Positions 1 through 10,456 of a stretch of 64,000 bases of DNA are shown here, one piece after another. Below the pieces are notes generated by a model. It ran no database searches, had not been told where the DNA came from, and saw only the letters and a program-made list of their open reading frames with translations. The stretch's first letter is position 1. Each line of letters opens with the position of its first letter. Location: NCBI RefSeq assembly GCF_009834535.1, contig NC_045696.1, positions 79,548,001 through 79,612,000 of the forward strand. Reading direction: 5' to 3'. The position numbers and the translations under genes are program-made. This DNA comes from Camelus ferus (lineage: Eukaryota).

Positions 1-59
1 TGCTTCCATTCTCTTTGCTTTCCCTCTTTCATTAGTCAATATCAGGTTCCTAGAGTAGA

Positions 60-480
60 TTCAAGGAACACCTTAGTTCCTACCTCTTTTTCCAACTCAT
101 AATCAATCCATAATCAATACTTATAATAAGTGCTACCCTCTATATGCAAATAAACAAATTTTCTACCCCTTCCAGCATACTGAAATATTCTATTATAGTC
201 TCTTTATCTGTGGTAAAACCCCATCCACTCACCCTCCACTAAGACATCAGAATGACTCTTTAAAACACAACTCTAATTTTTCACTCCACTTTGATGATGA
301 ATAAGGCACCGATTCTTTATTTTAGCACACAAGGACCTTTAGTCTTCAGGCCCTTCTTACTGCATCAGTTCCGTCTTCACAACCTATGCCAGCTACTTAC
401 ACAGTTCCCTAATTGCTTCCTACATTCTCACGCCTCTAGGGACCTACCTGGTCTGTTTATTCCTCCTGGAACTCCCAATC
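60..480 (+). mobile_element. Degenerate L2 LINE fragment
   Basis: Motifs such as 'cagaatgactctttaaaacacaactctaat...cactccact' resemble the L2 3' region; highly diverged, boundaries approximate. Confidence 0.5.
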
Positions 481-1280
481 CAATGTCAAACAGGCTCACA
501 TATACCAGAAACACCCCACAAATTTTTAGAGCAATTTTCAAAGAGTTGATAAATAGATTTATAATTATGTATGTGGTTATCTGACATGATTGTTTTAACT
601 CCTAAAAGCTACAATATTAAGCTTATCCAAACCTTTCTTCCACATACAGTTTGAAAGAGTAAAAACCATTTTTATGTAGCTTATTATAAAATACTGACTT
701 TTTCCTAATACCTTCCTGGAAACCTATCTTCAACTTGCAGCCTTACTACCATCTCTAGAGGACAAAGTCCCTGCTCAGGCTGCGCTCTGATGGTCAAAGG
801 GAGACATCAGCTTGCTTCTGAGTTGAATTATGTCTTCCGGCCACATGGGGTTTTTGTTCTCTTCTTGGCCTTCTCCTTAGGTAATTCTCCAACTTATCTC
901 ACTCTACTCTCAAGTAATCAATATTTATGAGACACTGGAGGCAGAGAACTACAGTCATAAAATATCATAACACCGTGCCGACTTCACTAATTTCTCAGAG
1001 AAGAAAATGACTCCCTTCCTTCCTTTCATACCATTAGCTGGACTGGACATCAATTCTTTTAAAGCACAGTGCTTGTTTAGTTAATAAATGGACCCAATTA
1101 ACTGATTTCTAACAACACTGAGCAGTTGGTCTCTTTTAGAAACTGTTCCAAATGCAAAGATTAAGGCATTTACATCACTTCAAATTTTATAAGTCTTGCT
1201 CAGAGTAATGTGCTTAGTCAGAAAAGATGAAACATACATTTGAAGAATGATCAGCAATAATTGTTGTTCATTAAGTAAAT

Positions 1281-1450
1281 CAATCATTCATTAATGCATT
1301 CTACGACTATTTGTTAAATCCTCACTATCTATCAATCATCATGTAAAGATATGGGGATTCAATGATGGATAAGATGTAGTACTCACTTCGCCAAAAGTTT
1401 ATTTTAATATGCAGTCAAACTTGTAAGCAAAAAATAGCATATAATATGAG
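1281..1450 (-). mobile_element. L2 3' tail fragment
   Basis: 'cattcattaatgcattc...tatttgttaaatcctcactat...ggggattcaatgatggataaga' matches the reverse-complemented L2 terminus. Confidence 0.55.
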
Positions 1451-2074
1451 ATGTTCTGCTTTTGATCAGTTGCTTCTAATTCCTAACTTTTTTTGAAATT
1501 TGGCAATAAAAATAATGATAAACAGCTCTGCATATTTAAAGGCAGGTAAGAGAGTTGAGTAAGCAGATGCTAAGTAATAAATACATATGTACACACAGAG
1601 ATTATGGTTATCTCATACAAGGCTTTTTATTAATCAGAAAACTGAACAATTTATTTAAGAAAGAGTTTAAAGCATTATGCACATGTAACTTCTTACATAT
1701 ATAAATAGCATTGACTACACTAACAAAGTTATTGCAATAATATAACTTTTGCAACTATATTGCATTTTTCACAAATTTCAGTAATTACAGAGGTGTGACT
1801 TGAAAGTCTAAATTACTTAGTTTTCAAAAGTATCATTATTTTCTATTCATTTTTGGAAAATCTATTAGCCAGGGTATAACTTTATTTTAGTAAGTTTGAT
1901 TCTGTACTTAAGATACTGTGAAAACTATTTTTAGATTACATATAATATAAAAATAATCAGAAAAGACATTAACTTGTTCTGCATAACTTCTGCCATTTCA
2001 TGAGGTCATACAATAAATACTATGTATATTTTATCTTTAAAGCAATCAAGGAAAATTGGGACAATCGGTATATA

Positions 2075-2078
<4 letters not shown>

Positions 2079-2134
<56 letters not shown>
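2079..2134. repeat. (TG)28 microsatellite
   Basis: Perfect dinucleotide run read directly; flanked by TA-rich units. Confidence 0.98.
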
Positions 2135-2138
<4 letters not shown>

Positions 2139-2144
2139 CATATC

Positions 2145-2272
2145 TTTCTCTATTCATTTTGAAATTGGCCACTGGGTTAAAAGTAGGGATGGATTCCCCA
2201 CTGTGGAAAATAAGCTTTGAAGTTCTATAAATGCTGATTTGCAGAAAAGATGTTTATAATGAATTCAACTTT
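2145..2272 (+). repeat. Arm A of a ~130-bp inverted duplication (partner 3457-3585)
   Basis: Manual alignment to the reverse complement of 3457-3585 gives 15 substitutions and 1 gap in about 129 columns, with a 34-bp perfect core at 2223-2256. Confidence 0.95.
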
Positions 2273-2869
2273 ATATACATACATATATATACATACACAC
2301 ACACACACTGATGTCCCAATTTTCTTTGGTTGTTTTTCCTTGGTTGCATATACATATACATATATACATCAAACTATGTCAGAATAACTTCTAAAATATG
2401 TGTAAGATGTTCTCATGTTTTTCTTGTTCTTACAAATAACTTAGAACATGTCATTCAAATGCTGTACATTTTTACGTGCAGGCATTTATATATATATACG
2501 TATGCATGTATATGTATCACCTATGTCTATATCTATATGAACATATCTGTATCTATGGATATACAGATTTTTTTAAGGAATAAATTGGAATAAATTTTTT
2601 AGGATGATGCAACATTCCACAGGATATATGGCATATTTCCTACGTACAAATTCCAGAAACAGTTCATTCAATCAGCTAGTGATCCAGGTCTATTTTGTTT
2701 GTTTTCAAGTGAAGAAAGGTAATTCGTTCATCAAGTACTAAAGATTCCATCTCATACTAGCTGAGGGTGGTTTTAAGACTTCCGAAGAAGACAACTAAAC
2801 TTCAAAGAAAGAAAGTGATAGAGGAGGAGGAGAAAAAAATATACACAGGACTCTAAACTTCACTAGAGA

Positions 2870-3125
2870 CCTGGCCGAGGTTCACAGTACATTTCACTTT
2901 CTTTACTTTGTTCTAGGTTTGAGGCTACCAGTGGCGCCCTTTCTGCTGCTACTAGAAGAAACTGTATAACGGAGAGGCAGCCCTGAGCCAGACTACCACA
3001 GAGACCACCATTCTTAACCCTCAGAGTTCTGCACCTCCTTAAAGGGAGCGCTGTGTGATCAGCCTGCCAGTATCACGGCAGCTGTTGCGCACTCAGCAGG
3101 CGCGTCCCCTTGACCGGTAAAAAGA
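2870..3125. promoter_or_regulatory. Small CpG-retaining, GC-elevated patch; candidate enhancer or alternative promoter
   Basis: About 9 CpGs in ~250 bp (e.g. 'tcacggcagctgttgcgcactcagcaggcgcgtcccc') within otherwise CpG-depleted DNA; contains E-box CAGCTG; no recognisable repeat. Confidence 0.4.
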
Positions 3126-3456
3126 TGCTGAGAAGCTGATTTAAGAATATTTCTTTGGGGACTGAAAAGGGAATGCTAACATTAAAGCAGACTAAGGATT
3201 ACTGCCCAACACAGTAAGAAATCCAGTATTTTATTATATAACACTCCAATTTACAAACAGACCATTGAAAGTGGGGAAACTGAAGGGGAGGGGTGAGCGA
3301 GAGAGTTTTCTGGAAGAGACCTTGTTGTGTCCCTATCCGAGTGCAGCAGTACTCAAGGTTCAGACTCCTTAAGTGGCAATTATTTCACTAAAGCTTCCTC
3401 TTTGTAATTTTTGTCCTTCTGGAATTCAAGGTCTATACTCGAAGGTCAAAGCAGAG

Positions 3457-3585
3457 AAAGTTGAATTCATTCTAAACATCTTTTCTGCAAATCAGCATTT
3501 ATAGAATTCCAAAGCTCAATTTCCACAGCAGGGGATTCATCTCTGCTTTTAATCCAGTAGCCAATATTCAAAATGAACAAAGAAA
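3457..3585 (-). repeat. Arm B of the inverted duplication (partner 2145-2272)
   Basis: Its reverse complement contains 'ttctataaatgctgatttgcagaaaagatgttta', identical to arm A. Confidence 0.95.
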
Positions 3586-4031
3586 ACAATGTCTTCCTTG
3601 AAGTTTTGTTTCATTATTCTAGGAAGCCCAGGTACTCTTGCTGGGACAGTACAGATTCTCAATTTGCAGTAATCATCAGTACAGCTTTTCCGTATTTCTT
3701 TTACTTTGTAATAGCTTAAATTCACAAACATAGAGACAGCTTTTAAAGGTTTCACAGGTCGTAATATAAAGAAGGATAATAGATCATTCATGGATTTCTG
3801 TTGTGTGCTGACTCTGTGGATATCAGGGGTTTTGATGTCTCATTACATGAAAAATTTCTCAGACCACACACTTGAAAATAAGCTTTATACAGAATTGGGA
3901 GATTTACTTCCTCGGTATATCTGTCTTTCGTGAAATAAATACTGATCTCTGAGATACTATGTTCTTGATGGAATTTACAACCCAACACGGTTTAATTATT
4001 CATGATGAGAGACCCACCAAGCCAAAAGATT

Positions 4032-4060
4032 CCTGAGAGGACAGATAAAAACAACTCACA
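4032..4060 (-). other. Candidate 3' splice acceptor of a minus-strand, apparently non-coding exon starting at 4032 (exon end undetermined)
   Basis: Minus strand reads 'tgtgagttgtttttatctgtcctctcag|GAATC': a polypyrimidine tract plus CAG|G, entering a repeat-free block. Confidence 0.45.
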
Positions 4061-5274
4061 GTATTATCTGAGTCAGAAACTCTAGAGTTGAACAAAAATA
4101 TCCTAACACTGTGTAAATAACAGGTTTTTTAAAGTTGATCATCGAAAAAAATGCTAAGAACAAGATACTGCAGGCACAGCAATTAAATCCTCTAAGAACC
4201 TGTGTCCTTGCGACACTTTTTTATATGTTCACATTCCAGGTAAGACTATTCCTTTACTGATAACAATAAAACAGCAAAATATTAATTTTTAGTCAAAATA
4301 CTGAGAAGAGGATAATTTTAGTAAGTCCAAAGGGATTGGCAATATTAATAAATAACTTCTATCCAAGGTACAACACTAGATACTGGGAGTTCCTCAAGGT
4401 TAACTCAAATACAATTTGCTAAATGAAGCTAGTCTCTATTTTACCTGGTTAATAATTCCTAACCACAAGTTTTACTCTTGAAATATCCTTTCTAGGCAAG
4501 GAACATAATGTCCTGTATGGTTCACATATACACTTTCCAAATAGGTCAAGATTTAAGGAGGTAAAACAATAAAATCATTCCTAAGACATTACAAATAAGG
4601 GTAAAATAATAGAGAAGATAGGGGAGTTGTTTTTTTTTTTTTCTTTGTTGGAAAAAAAAGGGGGGAAAAAGGAAGAAGAAAAAAAAGAGACAATTTTAAG
4701 GTTTATGGTCAAATTTTTAGAGATACTACCACTGGGCACACTAAGAAGCTAAGCATTTTCAAATTTATCTTATATTGTAATGTAACCAGCATTCAATCTC
4801 TGTGTTTAGGGACTGAGAAAACAGTGTTCTTTATTTCAGGATATAATTATATTTTATTAAGAGAAGGACTGCATGTTCCTCAAGTCACTAAATTCTATGA
4901 TACCTCTATGGTTCTTCTAAATATTTTACTTCTCGTGAGTTTTATATTAACCTCAAACATTTCTGCATTAATAATCAGATGTGAATTTCTGAAAGCTGGA
5001 ATTCATTACTTTCTTTCTTGGAATGTCAATACTGCTAAAATTTGCAAACCTGCCTGCTTCAGCAAAGTTCAGGTTCATGATCTGTAAGCAATCATAAACC
5101 TATCTATTTAGACAGGAAATTCTCCAGTGCACAGACACAAGTTGAAAAACATTCAATGTGTTTACTCTTAGCACTTAAAAAGCAGCATCAAAAACAATGC
5201 CATACAGTAGTACAAAATCATGTACACTGAAATTCTGCCTTTAATAAATTTTAAACACATTCTCTAAAATTTTC

Positions 5275-5722
5275 TGTTATGGGTTGATGATGCCCCTCCA
5301 AAATTTATATTTTGAAGTCCTAACCCCCAATATCTCATAACATGACCTCAATTGGAAATAGGGTCTTTGCAGACATAATTAAGATGAAGTCATGTTAGAG
5401 TAGGTTGGGCTTCTAATCCAATATGACTTGTGTCCTTATAAACGGGGGAGTTTTAAACACAGACACTCACACAAGGAAAATGCCATGTGAACATGAAGAC
5501 AGAGATAGGGGTGATGCATTTATAAGCCTAGGAACACCAAAGATTGTCAGCAAAACACGAGAAACTGGATGAGAAGCATGATTCTTCCTCACAGCTCCCT
5601 GAAGGAATCAATCCTGCTGACACCTTGATTTCAGACTTCTGGGACTGTGAAACAATAAATTCCTGTTGTTTAAGCCACCTAGTTTGTCACAGCAGCCTGT
5701 CACAGCAGCACTAGTTAATACA
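5275..5722 (+). mobile_element. MaLR solo LTR (MLT1B/C-like)
   Basis: Starts TGTTATGG and ends TAATACA; diagnostic 'gaagtcctaaccccc', 'cctgctgacaccttgatttcagacttct' and 'aataaattcctgttgtttaagccacc'. Confidence 0.9.
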
Positions 5723-6339
5723 TCTATGATAAACTGTGACCTTAGTAATTGATTCTGAAGTACTATTGTCTTACTGTGAAGTTTTAACAGATGTGTTTCT
5801 TTGTAGTCTGTCTCCTTCACATTTCTGCCACCTGCACTACATGAGAGTCATTTCCCAGAAATTGCCTTTATTGCCTTGAGGTTGAGCTGGACCAACAGAA
5901 GTATCCCAAAGTGTAATGTCTTCCTTCAGTAAGTTGCTGAAATGACAAGGGCTTTTATTTATTTTTTTTTTCCTGGAGATGAGCTTATTCTTTCACTTGT
6001 TTGTTTTTTTTTTTCCTAGAAAAAAAATAGAAGTCTTATTTGCTCATTACAGATTACAAAAGCAGTTGTGAGCTAAAGACTCCCCAACGCAGACTTCACC
6101 TGTGTGTTAGGTTGTGTCACTTCAAGATGCTTCTTGTAATCTGCTCTGTCTGAAGAAGGGCAATACCTGTCAAATCGGCAGTATTTATCACCAAAGTCTA
6201 CTGAAGGCTGGGTTGGAGGTATGAAGATGAATAAACAAAAGATTTAACCATTATGAAGTTCATAATCTTCCATGGGAGACTGATATATAAACAACTAATC
6301 AACATATGCTGAGTTGTGCTCTGCAAAATACCGTAGTTA

Positions 6340-6560
6340 ACGTGTTACTGACTGCTTACTATTTTCCATACTGTTTTAGGTACTTAGGAACATGATCTCA
6401 TTTAATTCTATTAACAGCTTTAGGAGGTGGGTACTATTATTATCACTTTAACAGGTAAACAGCAGGAGAAAAGACAAGGAAATTTACCAAAATCACATGG
6501 CTAAAAAGTGACAGAGCCAGGAATCAACCAAAGAAATCCATGCTCTTAGTCCCTATGCCA
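6340..6560 (-). mobile_element. MIR SINE
   Basis: 'atctcatttaattct...gaggtgggtactattattatc...aaatcacatggctaaaaagtgacagagccagga' is the reverse MIR core. Confidence 0.75.
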
Positions 6561-6994
6561 TAAGTGCTATGTGTGTCAGGGGTGAGGGTGGGGAAAGAGG
6601 TCAGAGAAGCCATAACAAAATATGCATTTAAGCTGAGCCACCGATAAATTTGGCAAGGAGATAAAGAGATGGATGTATCTGAAAGTAGAAATTCCCAGAC
6701 ACAGGCAATCAGAAGCATTCAGTATGGGTGGATCTGATGAAAGATAAGGAAATAGTGGCAAAAGAGGTGGTCAGTAGGTTGAAGGCAGAGTGTGGAGTAC
6801 ACTAAATGCCCTACAAAGCGGTCTGCAGATTATAGCAGAAAAAGGAGTTCTCATTGGGTTTTGAGCATATGAGATACACAGCCATGTCTGTGCTTTAGAT
6901 GCAGCCCTGGTAGCTTATGGAAGAGGGCAAGTCAGTTCTAAAGTTGCCAGACCACACAGGTGTCTGAGGGTCACCCTCAAAATGGTTCAGAAAA

Positions 6995-7150
6995 TAATTA
7001 CATCTATATACATAGATACAATTATATATAAGTAAATATATCTATATACTTAGTAAATATATCTATAATTACTATATCTATAAGTAAATATATATAATTA
7101 ATATATAATTATATCTATATCTATAATTAATATATAATTATAATAATCAT
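6995..7150. repeat. AT-rich low-complexity tract with repeated 'agtaaatatatctata' units
   Basis: Read directly; almost entirely A/T with many self-complementary TATA/TAATTA units. Confidence 0.9.
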
Positions 7151-7470
7151 ACATAAAGAGAGAGGCAAACGGGGTAAAATGTTAACAGTAGGTGAATCTG
7201 GATAAAGCATATAGAGTTGTCCTTTGTACTTTTATTTTGCAACTTTTCATAAATTTGAAATTATTTCTAAATAAAAGTTTTTAAAAGCACAGAAATCAGA
7301 ATGGTGGTTGCCAGGGCCTGAGGGGGAGGGGAATGGGGAGAAATTGTTTCATAGGTAAGGGATTTTACTTTAGAGTAATGACAATGTTTTGGAACTAGAT
7401 AGAGGTGGTGGTTGTGCAACATTGTAAATGTACTAAATGCCACTGGATTTTTTTTAACTTTAAAAATATA
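7150..7470 (+). mobile_element. Two adjacent old L1 3'-end fragments (L1MC/ME-like, then L1MB-like)
   Basis: 'aaaatgttaacagtaggtgaatctgg...tttgcaacttt...aataaaa' and 'gaatggtggttgccaggg...gttttggaactagatagaggtggtggttg'. Confidence 0.8.
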
Positions 7471-7477
7471 TATATTT

Positions 7478-7479
7478 AT

Positions 7480-7518
<39 letters not shown>

Positions 7519-7522
7519 TATA
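7478..7522. repeat. (CA)n microsatellite, interrupted
   Basis: Read directly. Confidence 0.95.
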
Positions 7523-8377
7523 TGCCAACAGTTTGAGGACTTAATTCTGCTTTACAGACATTCCCCAAATCCCAGTTTCAATCCAGCTACCCTAGGAATA
7601 TTCTCTTGAATCTCTGAAGGTTACAAATACAAGTGCTACAAGCCAAGGAGAATTTTGAAATGACAGAGATATCGATCAGCCAACTAAATATACAAGAGCC
7701 TATGCAATGGGACTGCTTTCCCAGGGGCCATGAGAGACGAGGAGGCAACCATCACTGTAAGTGGGAGTCGGAGAGCTAATTAACAACACGGGAGGCTAGT
7801 GCTATGTTTCAGTGGCCTAACCATGGTCAAATGCCTAGTTGGAAATTGACAAAGTTGCTTTCTCTGGAGAGAGGTTTCAGTAACTATTTTAAAGGTTTGT
7901 TATTTACTGTAATGTCAAGAATAACTTATTGTAATTCTGTGTAAAATATATCCAAACCATCAGAAAATTATATGATTAAAATTGAATGCTTTACAAAAGT
8001 ATAAACAGCATATTCTTTAATATAGTAGTATTGCTTTAAGTTTTGGTAACATTTTTATTTCTTCTAAATACTTGATCTCACCTAAGCGTAACAACCTTAA
8101 TGGAGATAGTACAGATACTATAAAACATCTTCCAGATGAAGACTACACATCCAGTAGCTATGGAACCAGAGGTAGCTCTCTGTACCATACCCTAGTCATA
8201 CACCAGATCAGGTCAGTTCCTAAGTTCCAGAATACATAGTGTATTTCCCTATTACACACAAACTTTTAATTCAGTTGCAGTGGATAAGTTTTAGTTATTT
8301 ATTTAAAACAAGTTTTATTTCCAGTTTTTTCAACCATAAATGAAACTGCATTGATTGAACTCTCTCACTATAGGTGC

Positions 8378-8622
8378 ACTACATAGTACAGTAACTATAG
8401 TTAACAATACTATATTGTATTCTTGAAAGTTGCTAAGAGAGTAAATTTTAAATTTTATCACCATACACACACTAATTATGTGAGGTGAAAAAAGTGTTAA
8501 CTAACCTTATTATGGTTATCACTGTGCAATATATATGTGTATCAAATCATCATGCTGTACACCTTAAACTTACACAACATTAGGTGGCAATATACCCCAA
8601 TAAAGCTAGAAAAATTAAAGAA
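8378..8622 (+). mobile_element. L1 3' end (L1MA9/10-like)
   Basis: 'actatagttaacaatactatattgta...gaaagttgctaagagagta...tcaaatcatcatgctgtacaccttaaacttac...aataaagct'. Confidence 0.85.
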
Positions 8623-8899
8623 AAAGGAGGATTCTGACACCCTAAGTGATGGTGGAGTCAATAGATGGAAGAAGCCTGGATCTCTGAATGACCATATGGC
8701 TCAGACTCCTCACTGACCCCTACTGAAAGGTGAATGAGAAACCAGTCTTTGTTGTGTGAACTCACAGCTGTGACCTATGTCGCTGTTTACTAAACAGTGG
8801 TTGTGATCCAGGGAATATACTGGGTGCTATCCCTGCCATTATCTCATTTATTGCACTTACATGAACGATGGTGAGTCTGAGTCATCATGACACGCAGCA

Positions 8900-9540
8900 T
8901 GTGGTTGGAAAACAATGGCAAAAATGACAATACTTGCATACAACAAGAACACAAAGGGATGGGTACTCTCATACACTTCTTGTGGGAGTAATAATTTTTG
9001 TAATTTTTCTGAAGTCAAGGTTTAACCAAATTTTACCAAAATTTGACAAATTTCACTGAAAGTCTATAAAACAGTAACTTTATCTTTTGACCCATTAATC
9101 TACTTCCAGGAGTTACTATTAGGAATGTCAAAGATGTACACAGAGATATATAAAATTTTCCACTGCAGCACACTATAATTATGAAAAAATTAAAACAACC
9201 TAAATTACTAACAGTATGTATATATTTTAAGTAATTTTAGTATATCTGTTTGATGAAATATTATGTACCTCTTAAAGATCATGCATTCCAAGAATAGTTA
9301 AGAATGTGGTAAAATGCTTACAAATAAATTTATGTGACATATGCTAGATACAAAATATTTCAACTTGTTAAAATATGAATGCAACTAAGAAGATGGAAAG
9401 GAAATAAACCAACATGTTAATATTAATTATCCCTAGGTGATGGGATTAGAAATAGATTTTTATTTTATCCTCTATATGTCTCTATTTTAAAATGTTACAT
9501 AATGATCATACATTATTTTTGAATCCACAGCATATGTTAT
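8900..9540 (+). mobile_element. Old L1 (L1ME-like) fragment
   Basis: 'actctcatacact...tttgacccattaatctacttccagga...aaacaacctaaat' follow the order of the L1 ORF2 end and 3' UTR. Confidence 0.6.
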
Positions 9541-9984
9541 TAAAATACAGAAGGCAAAGAATTTTCTAATCCATTTTTGAAGTTTCCCCATAAACTTGTT
9601 TAAAATTAAAAAGTGCTAGGGCTTAAATCTGTAAGTTCTATTTAATAGGAAAATTCACTTATGTGAAACAGCTCATTCCCTGATGATATTAGATAAGTGA
9701 GGTGTTATTACAGTATTTCGAAAAGTTGTCTACCATCTGTGAGTTTATTTTTTAATTGTCTGTTGTTTTTCACATCTAAATTTAAAATTGTTTTCACATA
9801 TAAAGATCTATAACTTATGGTGCTTTTTTTGATAGCTTGCACGTCTCCTGGATTTGGTTCCACCAAAACTATTCAATGATAAACTCCCTCTGCATAATAA
9901 CTGCAAAATATTTTCTAAATTGTACAGATGAATCAAGTAAAGGCAGAGGTATGTTAACATACCAAGAACACAAAGCAATACATG

Positions 9985-10190
9985 CCACCACCATGCTGGA
10001 GCAGGCTGTACTGGTTTATAGGAGGCCATTCTGCACATCTTTTCCAACTCATGTCAGTGGTATCATGTTGTAGTTAGAAACTGGCCCTCATGTAATATTT
10101 ATACCTAGAAAGCCCTTAAATATTACATCAGGGCTTTTTTTTTTTTATCTTTTTTTTTTCCCAGTGAGCCAGTTTACCAGCACACCACTG
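9985..10190 (+). mobile_element. hAT MITE (MER63A-like)
   Basis: Ends 'atcagggctttttt...gagccagtttaccagcacaccactg'; internal 'tgctggagc...tgcacatcttttccaactc' matches the recalled MER63A consensus. Confidence 0.75.
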
Positions 10191-10456
10191 CGTATACACA
10201 ACATTATGGTTCTTGTAACGGTGCTTAATTAGCCCAGGGCCAGGAGATTGTTAAGTAGTCAAAAAAAATATCTAGCTTCACAGCGTAGAGATTTGGTGTT
10301 AAAACATTCACTGGTGTATTCCAAGCACCTAGAAGAGTGCCTATATACCATAGGCGCTCAGAGAGTATGTGTTTTATGTGTTTATCAGACAACCTAGAGA
10401 TGAAGAAATTTTTCTCTTAAGTCGCCCAGGTGTCTAGACAGGACAAAACCTTGTCT

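Noticed and set aside
2000..2593. ORFs with CVCV or YIYI runs (also 7267-7609 and 42526-42936)
   Set aside because: Microsatellite read-through.
2920..2950. CTCF-like motif
   Set aside because: Spacing differs from the CTCF core consensus on both strands, so it is not called as a site without a PWM scan.
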